Below are positions 47,619 through 57,460 of a stretch of DNA of 64,000 bases, piece by piece; position 1 is the stretch's first letter, and every line of letters starts with the position of its first letter. The notes beneath the pieces are model-generated. The model had not been told where the DNA came from, ran no database searches, and saw nothing but the letters and a program-made list of their open reading frames with translations. The stretch comes from an uncultured Gemmatimonadota bacterium (lineage in GTDB: Bacteria; GCA-2686955), in assembly GCA_964490075.1 (NCBI GenBank), contig CAZBBK010000001.1:186001-250000 (forward strand). The letters are read 5' to 3'. Both the position numbers and the translations under genes were made by a program.

Positions 47619-48673
47619 GGGGGTGGACGGTTAGCTCCTCCTGCCACAATATGTAGTGGTGGACTCTCCGTACGACGATGGCCCGCTGACGCGACTGGTG
47701 GCCGTGCGCGACTACCCGCGCACCTACCGCGAGTTCGCCGAGATGTACCCCGACGACGACGCCTGCGCAGCGTGGTTGGAGCAACTGCGCTGGCCGAACG
47801 GATTCGTCTGCCCGAAGTGCGAGACGGGCGCATCGCCGTGGCAGCACACTCGTGGGCGGCTCGTCTGCTCATCGTGCCGTCATCAGGGGACGGTGACCGC
47901 AGGCACCATCCTGGACAAGACGCGCACGCCGCTGACCACCTGGTTCGAGGCAGCGTGGCACGTGACCACCGCAAAGAACGGGCTGTCTGCGAAGACCCTC
48001 GAGCGAACGCTTGGCGTCAGGTACCGTGTCGCATGGACCGTACTCCAGCGGTCCAGGGTGGCGATGGTGCGCTCTGAGCGCAAGCGGCTCTCTGGCGCCG
48101 TCGAAGTCGATGAGACCTTGATCGGCGGCGTCAGACGTGGCGGGAAGCGCGGTCGCGGTACCTCCAAGTCGGTGGTGGTGATCGGCGTCGAAGTACTCGA
48201 GCCCAAGGGCTTCGGTCGAGTGAGGATGCGCCGCGTGCCCGATGCGTCGGGCGATCATCTCGTGCCGTTCGTGTGCGCCGTCGTCGCTCCGGGTTCTACC
48301 GTCCGCACCGACCGCTGGGGCGGCTACAACGACCTGCCGAAGCTCGGCTACACTCGCCACAAGACCGTGCTGTCCGCGTCCGAGGATCCGGCCCACGTCA
48401 CCATGCCGGGTGTACATCGGGTCGCCAGCTTGCTGAAGCGCTCGATCCTCGGCACCCACCAGGGATCGGTCACATCCGACCACCTGCAGGCCTACCTGGA
48501 GGAGTTCACTTTCCGGTTCAACCGTCGCACCTCGGCCAGCCGCGGCCTCGTCTTCCGTCGGCTCCTCGAACAGGCCGTCGTCACCGGGCCAGTGACCGAA
48601 TCGCAGGTGACCCGTGGCTACGACTGGTGACCACTAGATGTAGGGGGGGGAGGAGCTAACCGCCCACCCCCTT
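47617..48673 (+). mobile_element. IS1595-family (ISXO2-like) insertion sequence
   Basis: 25-bp terminal inverted repeats AAGGGGGTGG[A/G]CGGTTAGCTCCTCC (47617-47641 and 48649-48673, one mismatch); no target duplication visible. Confidence 0.9.
47656..48630 (+). CDS. IS1595-family transposase
   Basis: RWPNGFVCPKC...CSSC zinc ribbon, VEVDET, TDRWGGY, HLQAYLEEFTFRFNRR. Confidence 0.93.
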   Translation: MVDSPYDDGPLTRLVAVRDYPRTYREFAEMYPDDDACAAWLEQLRWPNGFVCPKCETGASPWQHTRGRLVCSSCRHQGTVTAGTILDKTRTPLTTWFEAAWHVTTAKNGLSAKTLERTLGVRYRVAWTVLQRSRVAMVRSERKRLSGAVEVDETLIGGVRRGGKRGRGTSKSVVVIGVEVLEPKGFGRVRMRRVPDASGDHLVPFVCAVVAPGSTVRTDRWGGYNDLPKLGYTRHKTVLSASEDPAHVTMPGVHRVASLLKRSILGTHQGSVTSDHLQAYLEEFTFRFNRRTSASRGLVFRRLLEQAVVTGPVTESQVTRGYDW

Positions 48674-49334
48674 TCAGAAAAAGACATCACCGCCGATGCA
48701 TTGCTCACCCAGCGTTCATTGACGGAATACATCGTCTCACGCGGCGCGCACTACCACTTCACCGTCAAAGACAACCAACCGACACTGGCCGAGGACATCC
48801 GCCTGCTCTTCAAAGGGCGTGGTGCATCGGACTACGTCGAACCGGTGAACATCGCTCATGGGCGCATTGAAACGCGGCGCATCTGGTACAGCACGGCACT
48901 GAACGACTATCTCAGCTTTCCGCATGTCGGCCAGCTCTTCCTGATTGAACGAGATCGCACCAGCAAGAAGACCGGCGACAAAAGCCGGGAGATCGCCATC
49001 GGCGTCACCAGCAGAACACCAGAGCAGTGTACGCCGAAACGGCTGCTCGAGATCAATCGCGGCCATTGGACCATCGAGAGTCTTCACTACATCATTGACT
49101 GGAATTACGACGCGGACCGCAGCCGGATCCGCACCGGCAATGGTCCTGCCAATGTGACCCGGCTGCGTCGTTTCGCCATCGGCGTGCTCAAGTCCTTCAA
49201 GAAGCCCAACCAGAGCATTCCCGAAATGATGCGCCAGCTCACCCGCCGGCCGCGCCAAGTGCTCGATTACCTGAGGCTGACTGCCAACTCCGCCCGCGTG
49301 GCTCGCGCTGCAGCATGAGAACAGATTCGCCGTG
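48674..49334 (+). mobile_element. ISAs1-family remnant: 3' half of the transposase (stop 49318) and probable right end
   Basis: ITADALLTQR, TVKDNQPTL, HGRIETR, RGHWTIE.LHY..D; 5' part missing at the IS1595 boundary; IR-like GAACAGATTCGCCGTG at 49319-49334. Confidence 0.85.
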
Positions 49335-49453
49335 GGGTCGGAGGCGAGGGGCGCAATTGGAGAAGCGCCCTGTTCTTTCGGGACGGTATCGGAGCCGCAG
49401 GAGAGGACGCTGAGCGCAAGCGCCGCCAGTACCCACTTCGTTTCCATGCGCAT
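49335..49453 (-). pseudogene. Lipoprotein N-terminal fragment interrupted by ISAs1
   Basis: MRMETKWVLAALALSVLSCGSD... with a GGTGAGG RBS; runs into the IS end after ~40 codons. Confidence 0.55.
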
Positions 49454-49575
49454 GGCCTCACCGCCTGCTTTCGAGGGCACGAATTCCGACGGGTCGATCG
49501 GTGGTTCCGTCTACGTCGATGTGCCCTCGCGACAGCGACCGAACGCGGACCTGAGCGTGAACCCTTGGACGAGAG

Positions 49576-51051
49576 CTAGCGAATCGGGTTCACGGCCGGA
49601 GCATCTCGAGGCCGACGCTCGATCGGGTGTTGCTGGCCCGTGGTTCCCGACTCGAGCTCGGCGAGGCGCCGGCGGAAGTGCTCGTGTCGGGGATCGAGCT
49701 GGAGCATGTGCCGGCAGAGCGAAATCTCCGCATCGCGCCGGCCGCCTCGGCGGTAGAGATGGGCTAGGGATTTCGACGCCAGGGCGTGGCCTGGGTTGCC
49801 CTCGAGCGCCTCTTCCAGGACCTCGATCGCGCGCTCGAAATCCCCGGCATCGGCCAACATGAGCGCGTACTCCACGGCGGCGTCGCGGGCCCGGCCTTTC
49901 ATGGCGTGGCGTTCCCACAGATCGAGCTCGGCGCGGGCTTGCGCGGAGCGATAGTCGGCCATCTCCGCCGGGTCGGTGGTCGATCCCGCGGCGAGCGGGA
50001 CGGGCGGGTACAGACTCGCGGCCGCGTCGCGCACCGCGTCGTAGGCACAGGTGGCCATCACGGCGTAGCCGGTTCCGCTGGGGTGGTGTCCATCGCCCGA
50101 AATCAGGCGGTCGCGACCGAGCTTGCGCACCGTCTGGTTGAAGGCCGGGCCGACGTCGGCGAGAAAGAGATCGAGGCGCTCCGCCGCGGCCAACTGGGTG
50201 CGGCCGAGCCCGAAGAAGGCTTCTTCGGGATAGGTGAGCAGGACCATCTTGGCGCCCTCGGATCGGACCCGACGCGCGATCTCCTCGATGTTGCGATCCA
50301 GGCGACCGAAGGCGAGCCCTTGGGCCTCGGGGCTGGTCGACATGCCGATGTCCATCGGTCCGCCGATCCCCGCGGGGGCCTCTCGCCTCTTCTGCCCGAC
50401 CTTGCCGCCGCGCTCGCCCTTCGGCTTTCGGACCGCGTCGATCTCGCCCCGCTCGACGGCGCCGCGCAGCGCCATTCGCTCGGCCGGCGTGTCTTTTCTG
50501 AGCGTGGTGGGGACTTTGGCGAGCGCCGCATCGTCGCCGCTCTCCGACCACCAGGCCGGCGCTCCGAGCGACACCGTCCAGTGGATCAGCCGGTAGAGGC
50601 GCAGCCGGTGCAGCCAGGCGCGAGTGCGCGCGAAGGAGGAAACGTCGGCCTCGAGCGCGGCGCGTCGATTCCACACGTCGTTCAGGCCCGCCAGCACACA
50701 GACGATCTGCGGGTCGGTCTCTTCGAGGAATCCCGGCAGCTCGGCGCGGATCTCGCTGGAGGAACGCCCCGGCACTCCCATGTTGCGCACCGTGACGTCC
50801 AGTCCGGGATTGCGCCGCCGCAGCAGGGTTTCGAGCTGGCGCGGCCACGAGTAGAGATTGGGGGCGGTGCCCATGCCGTAGGTGTAGGAGTCACCGACGC
50901 AGAGAATGCGCAGGCTCCCGTGCTCGCGGAGGACGCGGGTCCGCCGCAGGACCACCCATCCGGCCGCCCGCAGCCCGAGCTCGAGCGCCGCCAGCGTGAC
51001 GACGGCGCTCAGGATCGCGAAGAGCACGCGGCGCGGGCGGGAGAGCCGCAC
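49576..51051 (-). CDS. SGNH/GDSL hydrolase/transferase with C-terminal TPRs
   Basis: TM anchor, ILCVGDSYTYG, NMGVPG, LAGLND, DGHHP (complete Ser-Asp-His set). Confidence 0.88.
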   Translation of the reverse strand: MRLSRPRRVLFAILSAVVTLAALELGLRAAGWVVLRRTRVLREHGSLRILCVGDSYTYGMGTAPNLYSWPRQLETLLRRRNPGLDVTVRNMGVPGRSSSEIRAELPGFLEETDPQIVCVLAGLNDVWNRRAALEADVSSFARTRAWLHRLRLYRLIHWTVSLGAPAWWSESGDDAALAKVPTTLRKDTPAERMALRGAVERGEIDAVRKPKGERGGKVGQKRREAPAGIGGPMDIGMSTSPEAQGLAFGRLDRNIEEIARRVRSEGAKMVLLTYPEEAFFGLGRTQLAAAERLDLFLADVGPAFNQTVRKLGRDRLISGDGHHPSGTGYAVMATCAYDAVRDAAASLYPPVPLAAGSTTDPAEMADYRSAQARAELDLWERHAMKGRARDAAVEYALMLADAGDFERAIEVLEEALEGNPGHALASKSLAHLYRRGGRRDAEISLCRHMLQLDPRHEHFRRRLAELESGTTGQQHPIERRPRDAPAVNPIR

Positions 51052-51053
51052 CC

Positions 51054-52406
51054 TCAGTCGTCCTTCCGGCCCGGGGGCCTGCCCTCGGGCGAATCGGAGG
51101 CGCAGCGGAAGCCCATCACGTAGTTGCCTCGGCTGCCGCCGCTGACCACTCGGCTGGAGATCCGATAGGTTCGGGGGTCGATCTCAAGCCAGCTCCCTCC
51201 CTTGACCGCGCCGCGCCTGTTGGAGTCGGCCTCCACCCATTCCATCACGTTGCCGGCCATGTCACACAGCCCGAAGAGGCTGTGGTCGCCGGCCAGCGCG
51301 CAGGGAGGCGCCAGTCCCGGGAATCGGTCGGTGTCCCCCGCTCGACCCAATGCGTAGTCCGCCAGTCCGGTCGCCGGCCCCTCGCCGAGATTGGCGAGCG
51401 AATGGCTCCCGGCCGCCACCGATTCTCCCCAGGGATAGGCCTGGAGCCGAGAACCGCGGGCGGCGCGCTGCCATTCCGCCTCGGTGGGGAGGCGCTGGCC
51501 GTTCCAGCGGCAGTAGCGTCGCGCCATGCGCAGGTTGACCGACACCACCGGCAGCTCGGGGGCCAGGATCCCCTGGGTGAAGGGATCGGGGGTCGTGGGA
51601 TCGCAGACGCCGGCCTCGACACAGCGACTGTAGGCCCGGAGAGTGACCTCGTGGCGATCGATCCAGAGCTCGTCCGTGCGCGCCAGCCGCGCCGGCGGTG
51701 CACCGGCGAAGCAGGCGTCCGGGTCGATGCAGCCTTCCCAGACCAGCCCTTCCGAGACCAGGCACATCTCGACAGGATCGTTCCAGGTCGGGACCTGGCG
51801 CACGATCGGCTCCGGAGGCGGCTCCTCGCCGGCCACCGCGCGCAGCCAGGCGGCGCCCCGCTGGCGCAGGATGTGGCGGGCTCGCAGCTCGATCTCGGTG
51901 GCGGTGGCCTGAATCGGGAAGCGCTCGATCACCAGGTCGATCACCCGCACCCCTCCTGCTACCATCGCCGACCGAAACGCGTCGATGGCGGCGGAATCGA
52001 AGTGATGCAGGTAGGTGAACACGAGCACCACCAGGGCTCCCTCGAGGTCGAGTCGGCTCACCACCGTTCGCAGGGCCGCGGTCTCGCGGGAGGCCCAGAT
52101 CGGTCCTCCGAGAAACACCAGATCCCGGCCGCCGGTCTCCACCGCGAGCTCCGCCGCCACGGGACCGCGCGCGGCTCCCGCCGGCGGATCGTGCACGCGC
52201 TCGATCTCCGCGCCGAAGGCCGAGCCCAGTGTGCTCGCCAGGCCGAGGGTCTTGCCGCCGACGCTGTGGACCACGACCAGAGTCGAGAGAGGAGGAGGCG
52301 GGGGCGGTAGGCTCTTGGAGCGGCGCCCGCCCCCTTGTTGGGCCGCGGCGCCGCCCGTGAGGGTGAGACCCGCCGAGAGCGCTATCGCCGCGGTCGCGCA
52401 ACGCAT
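51054..52406 (-). CDS. Exported flavodoxin-like + FGE-sulfatase domain fusion
   Basis: Signal peptide; VVHSVGGKT...DLVFLGGPIW; then IDRHEVT, RLPTEAEW, YPWG, DMAGNVMEW, GFRC. Start 52406 or 52448. Confidence 0.8.
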   Translation of the reverse strand: MRCATAAIALSAGLTLTGGAAAQQGGGRRSKSLPPPPPPLSTLVVVHSVGGKTLGLASTLGSAFGAEIERVHDPPAGAARGPVAAELAVETGGRDLVFLGGPIWASRETAALRTVVSRLDLEGALVVLVFTYLHHFDSAAIDAFRSAMVAGGVRVIDLVIERFPIQATATEIELRARHILRQRGAAWLRAVAGEEPPPEPIVRQVPTWNDPVEMCLVSEGLVWEGCIDPDACFAGAPPARLARTDELWIDRHEVTLRAYSRCVEAGVCDPTTPDPFTQGILAPELPVVSVNLRMARRYCRWNGQRLPTEAEWQRAARGSRLQAYPWGESVAAGSHSLANLGEGPATGLADYALGRAGDTDRFPGLAPPCALAGDHSLFGLCDMAGNVMEWVEADSNRRGAVKGGSWLEIDPRTYRISSRVVSGGSRGNYVMGFRCASDSPEGRPPGRKDD

Positions 52407-52503
52407 TCGGTTACCTCGTGGGCGGAGCTGGCTGGGATGTCGACTCATGATCGCCGCGAGAATACCTGATCGGGGGCGGCGCCTTCCCCGCTAAGCTCGC
52501 GCC

Positions 52504-53859
52504 ATGCAAGTCGATCGCTCCTGTGGACGCGGGATCGCCGCCAGGGGGCTGGTCGCCGCCACGATGCTGGGGCTCGGTTGCGCGGATCAGGAGCGCGAGA
52601 CCAGGGACGGAGTGGAGCCGAGCGAGAGGGCGAGCGCGATCACGCTCCAGCGTCCCGCGTTGCGCACCGAGAGCCTGCCCGGTCGCAGCGGCCGTTGGCT
52701 GCGTGCGCAAGACACGCCGCGCCGTGGCGAGGATCTCGACAAGGCGCCGGAAGCGATCGAGGCCCTTGCTTATGTCAGCGGTTCCCGACCGGCGCCGGCC
52801 CTGCGCGGCGTCGTGCGGCACGACTCTCTGCGGACCAGCCCGGGGCTCAACTTCCTCACCTCGGGGCACGCGCCCGAAGCGACTTTGATCGACATGGCGG
52901 GCCGTGTGTTGCACACCTGGCACGCGGACTTCTGGGATATCTGGCCCGACTACTCGATGCGAATCGATCGTCCAGGAACTGAGTACTGGCGCCGCGCATG
53001 GCTTTACGACAACGGCGACATCCTGGCGATCGCCGCCGACCTCGGCATCGTCAAGCTCGATCGCGACTCCTGCCCCATTTGGGCCAAGGCGTGCCGGGCG
53101 CACCACGATCTCGAGGTTTTGCCCAACGGAGATATCTACGTACTGGCTCGAGAGACCCGTTTCGTGGACGCCTTCGACGCGCGGAATCCGGTTTTCGACG
53201 ACGTCCTTTTGTTGCTCGGACCCGATGGCAGCGAGAAGTCCCGGCTCTCCCTCTTGGACTGTTTCCAGCGCTCGCAACTCATCGTTCCGCCTCCGGGTCG
53301 GCGCCCGCCGCACAATCTCGACCTGTTTCACACCAACAGTCTGAGAGTGCTCGATGGTGTGCTCGCCAACAAGCTGCCGGTCTTCGCTGCGGGCAACATT
53401 CTGCTTTCGATTTTGAAGCTCGATACAATCGCGATCGTTGATACCGATCGTCGCGAAGTAGCCTGGACCCTTCAGGCCGATTTCGCCAGCCAGCACGACG
53501 CACGAGTGCTGCCCGACGGCCGGTTGATGCTCATCGACAACCTCGGTCGTGTCGGTCAGTCGAGCGTCGAGGTGTACGATCCCGTCTCGCGGCATCTCGA
53601 ATGGGAGTTTCGCGGCACCGAGAACGAGCCCTTCTTCACGCGCACTTGCGGCGCCGCGCGGCGTCTGCCCAATGGCAACACTTTGTTGGTGGAGTCGGAC
53701 AACGGCCGGGCGCTGGAGATCGACGCCCAGGGTGCGGTGGTCTGGGAGTACTACAACCCGCACCGGGCCGGGCCGCGCAACGAGTACATCGCCGCCCTCT
53801 TCGATCTGCGCAGGCTGCCGCCCGAGTTCCCCATCCACTGGGCACGGGAGGCCGAGTGA
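52504..53859 (+). CDS. Arylsulfotransferase (ASST) family lipoprotein
   Basis: LGLGC lipobox; HHD, FHTNS, QHDAR, LIDN, RLPNGNTL motifs. Confidence 0.88.
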   Translation: MQVDRSCGRGIAARGLVAATMLGLGCADQERETRDGVEPSERASAITLQRPALRTESLPGRSGRWLRAQDTPRRGEDLDKAPEAIEALAYVSGSRPAPALRGVVRHDSLRTSPGLNFLTSGHAPEATLIDMAGRVLHTWHADFWDIWPDYSMRIDRPGTEYWRRAWLYDNGDILAIAADLGIVKLDRDSCPIWAKACRAHHDLEVLPNGDIYVLARETRFVDAFDARNPVFDDVLLLLGPDGSEKSRLSLLDCFQRSQLIVPPPGRRPPHNLDLFHTNSLRVLDGVLANKLPVFAAGNILLSILKLDTIAIVDTDRREVAWTLQADFASQHDARVLPDGRLMLIDNLGRVGQSSVEVYDPVSRHLEWEFRGTENEPFFTRTCGAARRLPNGNTLLVESDNGRALEIDAQGAVVWEYYNPHRAGPRNEYIAALFDLRRLPPEFPIHWAREAE

Positions 53860-56147
53860 GGACGCGACAGCTTTCGAGATCGGCGACCCACGCATCGCTC
53901 TTCCACATCGGATTGGCGATCGGAATCACGCACCTGGCGATCTCGCTGGAGATCTCGGCGACGCTCAGCTATCACCATTCGCTGATGCAGTCCTTGGTGC
54001 TCCTGATCTACCCGGTGGCCTTCGTCGGGGTCGGGGTCGGGGCGCTGCTCGAGCAACGCTTTTTCGCGAGACGATCGACGGTGCTGCTGCTGCGGCTGGC
54101 GGGGGTGGCCCTGGGTGTGCTGCTGGTGGCCACCCTGCGCGCCAACTTCCTGGTCGCCGGCTCCGGCGAATTGGCCCTGGCGATCGCCGCGCACGCGGGG
54201 GCGATGGGGGCCTGGTTCGGGCTGCTCGGGGCCGCCTTGGCGCGCGGTCTGCGGCGCGCCCGGCGCGCCGCTTTCAGCGCCGGCGGCTGGGCGGCGCACC
54301 TGGGTGGACTGCTGGCCGGCTATGTCGCGGGCCCCGCCGTGGTGACGGCGATCGGTGCCAACGCGGTGCTGGCGTCGACCGCGCTCTCGTTCGCGCTCTT
54401 GCCTCAGATCGGCGTGGTGGTGGTGGTGGCGGCCTTCCTGGCCGCTGATGGGGTGGCGCTGGACGAGCGTCTCGAGGAGCTGCGAGAAATCAGCAACTGG
54501 TCGGAGTCTCGCCTCACGCGCTTCCTCGATGACAATACCGGCAAGGTGACCGGACTCCCTGCCGCGGGAACACGGCGCGACGCGACGGTATTCCGCGGCT
54601 GGAGCCACCTGGCGCAGGTGCGGGTGACGGAGCGCGGCGATCGCCCGCAGGACGGCCACCTGGTGTTCTACAACTTCAAGCTCCAGTACCCGGTGCAACC
54701 CTTCTCGTTGCTGGAACGTGCGGCGGAGCGGGACACCGAGCTGCCGATGCGCGACCGGATCCAGGTGCGCCACAGGCTGTCGCGGCGCGGGGTCTACGCG
54801 GCGCTGCCGCCGGGCGGCCGCGGGGTAATCTGCGGGGTCGGCGCCGGCTCGCCCCTGCTCGAGCTGCCCACCGAGCCGCACCCGGGGATCGTGGTGGTGG
54901 AGCGTGATCCCGTGGTGGTGCGCTTCTTCTCGCGCCAGCGCCCGGATCTGAACGGCCACGCCTTCGCGGGGCTCAGGGCGCTTTCCGGCGACGGGCGCCG
55001 GGTGATCGAGACGGCCGAGCAGCCGCTCGACGCGATCATCCTGGAGTCGGCCCGCTTCCAGCCGCATCGCGTGATGAGCGCCGCGCTGGAGACACAGTAT
55101 CTGTACACCGAGGATGCCCTGCGCAGCTATCTCGAGCGGCTGAAGCCGACCGGAACGCTGGTCATCGAGTTCAACCGGATGGCGCGGCGGCCGGTGTCGG
55201 AGTACCTTCCGACCCAGGCTCTGAGCGCCTTGCGACGCATCGGCGCCGCGCATCGCAGCGCGAGCATCGACCTGGGCGACGCCGGGCGGGTCTGCATCGT
55301 GGCTTCGCCGACCGAGCGCGGCCTGGAGAGCGCTTTCGCGCGCATGAGCGCCGAGTGGGAGGACCTGCGCTGGGAGGAGTGGCGGCCGGGCTTCGGCGAC
55401 GACCCGATCCACGACTACCGCCTGACCGACGATAAGCCCTTCTTCGCCTGGATCACCCTCAGACCCGAGCAGCGCCGCACTCTGCTGGGAATCGCCGCAT
55501 CGATGGTGCTGATCGGATCGCTGGCCGTGGTGCTGGTCGGAGGGCGGGGGCGAGCGCGCTCCGGCGACTGGAATCCAACTGGCTACACATTTTGTATCGG
55601 GATCGGCCACATCGCCGTGCAGATCGCGACATTCGTCGCCTATCGAAGCTACTTCGGCGACGAGGTGCTGACCATCATGCGCGTGATCAGCTACTTCCTG
55701 CTCTTCGGCGCGGCGGGCAGCTTACTCAGCGCCAAGCTGCGCCACCGTACTCCCGGCGGCGCGCTGCGGTTCATCGCGGTGGTGACGATCTTCGGTCTAC
55801 ATCTGGTGCTCTTGAAGAGCCTCCCCTTCCACCACTCCGGGGCCTTCGGCCGCGAGCTCTGGGCGGCGTTGACCTTGATGCCAGGTGGCTTGCTGATGGG
55901 TGTCTTCTTCCCCCTCGCCATCGCCCGCTCCGGGGCGGCGCTGGTGGGGCGCGTGGTGCTGGTCGACGCTCTCGGCACCTTCGTCGGCTACGGACTGCTC
56001 TTTCCCTCATTGCTGAACCACGGCACGATGACCCTGGGGGCGCTCGGAACTCTGGCCTACGGCCTGGCGGCGGCGCTCTACCGTCCGGCGCGCGGGTCCG
56101 GTCAAGACACCTTTTCCCACGGCCCAAGCGAAGGGACACAGCCATGA
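53856..56147 (+). CDS. Multi-TM protein with a spermidine-synthase-like SAM-binding domain
   Basis: GTG 53856 (GTGA overlap); GVGAG, VERDP, GDGR, YLYT...L..LKP.G, TDDKPFF between TM blocks. Confidence 0.75.
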   Translation: MRTRQLSRSATHASLFHIGLAIGITHLAISLEISATLSYHHSLMQSLVLLIYPVAFVGVGVGALLEQRFFARRSTVLLLRLAGVALGVLLVATLRANFLVAGSGELALAIAAHAGAMGAWFGLLGAALARGLRRARRAAFSAGGWAAHLGGLLAGYVAGPAVVTAIGANAVLASTALSFALLPQIGVVVVVAAFLAADGVALDERLEELREISNWSESRLTRFLDDNTGKVTGLPAAGTRRDATVFRGWSHLAQVRVTERGDRPQDGHLVFYNFKLQYPVQPFSLLERAAERDTELPMRDRIQVRHRLSRRGVYAALPPGGRGVICGVGAGSPLLELPTEPHPGIVVVERDPVVVRFFSRQRPDLNGHAFAGLRALSGDGRRVIETAEQPLDAIILESARFQPHRVMSAALETQYLYTEDALRSYLERLKPTGTLVIEFNRMARRPVSEYLPTQALSALRRIGAAHRSASIDLGDAGRVCIVASPTERGLESAFARMSAEWEDLRWEEWRPGFGDDPIHDYRLTDDKPFFAWITLRPEQRRTLLGIAASMVLIGSLAVVLVGGRGRARSGDWNPTGYTFCIGIGHIAVQIATFVAYRSYFGDEVLTIMRVISYFLLFGAAGSLLSAKLRHRTPGGALRFIAVVTIFGLHLVLLKSLPFHHSGAFGRELWAALTLMPGGLLMGVFFPLAIARSGAALVGRVVLVDALGTFVGYGLLFPSLLNHGTMTLGALGTLAYGLAAALYRPARGSGQDTFSHGPSEGTQP

Positions 56148-57412
56148 TTCGGTTTTCCATCGCCACGCTCGCCGCAGCGCTCTCCCCGGCGCTCTCGGCG
56201 ACGGCAATGACCCACCCGGCCGCCCACTCCACGACCACCGAGGTCCAGATCGCGATCGACGCGCAAGGGACGATCGACGAGATCACCCCCAAGCTGCGCG
56301 GGCGGCTGGGGCTCTTCGACGATCTGTCCCACTTCCGTCGCGCGCGGATCTTCGATGGCGAGGACGGGAACTACGTGCTGGAGACGGAGTTTCTCCGGGA
56401 CGGCGCGCTGGCGCGGCGGCGCAGCGCGCTGGCACCGGCCGGTCTCGATGCCTTCAGACTCGATCTGGATGGACGGTTGGAACGCAGCGGACTGTCGCTC
56501 TTCGGCACCCAGGAAGGGCGCGGGCGCCTGGTCTTCAATCACAGCGTGCTGGCGCTCGGCTTCTACGGTTGGGCGCTGCCGGCGGCGGCCAACATCGACG
56601 ATCCCACCGGCGCAACCGTGACCTACCTGCTGACCAGCGCGGCGGGCATTTACCTCCCCTTCGCGCTGACCGACACCCGCACCGTGAGCGTCGCCCACCG
56701 GGTGCTCAACGAGTACGGAGCGACCCGAGGGATCGGCTACGGGGTGTTGCTACACGATCTCTTGCTGGAACACGAGGGATCGTTCGAGAGCGGCGTCGGA
56801 TTCGCGATGGGTGCCAGCGTCGCCGGCGCCTGGCTCGGCTACCGCGGGGGCGGCTGGCTCGACCAGGATGCCGGGCGCGCGACGCTGATCGGCGTGCTGG
56901 GGGACTACGGCCTGGCCTACGGCCTAGGCGCGGCCTACGTGGGGGGGCTGTACGACGACGAGCGGAGCAGCCGGCGGCCGGCCGATGCGCTGGCGCTGGC
57001 GGGCGGGATCGGCGGGCTGGCGGCCGGTCGCTGGCTCGGCGAGCGGCGCGACCACAGCCACGGCGACGCGCTGCTGATGCGCAGCGCCGGGGTGCTCGGC
57101 GCCCAGCTCGCGCTGCCGCTGGCCGAGGCGCTCGGCAACGTCGAGGACGACCCGAAGCTGGTCGTCGGCATGGCCATGGGCGGCTCGGCCGGCGGGCTGC
57201 TCTGGGCCGATGGGGCGCTCGAAGGGCGCCACCTCACGGAGGGCGAATCGCTGCTGATCAGCGCCGCTCAGCTGGCCGGATCGCTGGTCGCCCTGGGCAT
57301 CACCCGGCTGATCGACTCCGACACCGACAACGTTCTGCTCCACCTGAGCGGCCAGGCGGCCGGGGCCACGCTGGGCTTCGGCTGGGCCTTTCGGCAGTTT
57401 GGGAAGGACTGA
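56144..57412 (+). CDS. Hypothetical exported/membrane protein with Gly/Ala-rich helical repeats
   Basis: ATGA-coupled start, signal peptide, repeated G/A-rich hydrophobic segments. Confidence 0.6.
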   Translation: MIRFSIATLAAALSPALSATAMTHPAAHSTTTEVQIAIDAQGTIDEITPKLRGRLGLFDDLSHFRRARIFDGEDGNYVLETEFLRDGALARRRSALAPAGLDAFRLDLDGRLERSGLSLFGTQEGRGRLVFNHSVLALGFYGWALPAAANIDDPTGATVTYLLTSAAGIYLPFALTDTRTVSVAHRVLNEYGATRGIGYGVLLHDLLLEHEGSFESGVGFAMGASVAGAWLGYRGGGWLDQDAGRATLIGVLGDYGLAYGLGAAYVGGLYDDERSSRRPADALALAGGIGGLAAGRWLGERRDHSHGDALLMRSAGVLGAQLALPLAEALGNVEDDPKLVVGMAMGGSAGGLLWADGALEGRHLTEGESLLISAAQLAGSLVALGITRLIDSDTDNVLLHLSGQAAGATLGFGWAFRQFGKD

Positions 57413-57460
57413 GCGGTCTCGTACATCGGGTCTTTCCGGATCGGGCCCGCGTGCAGGCGG

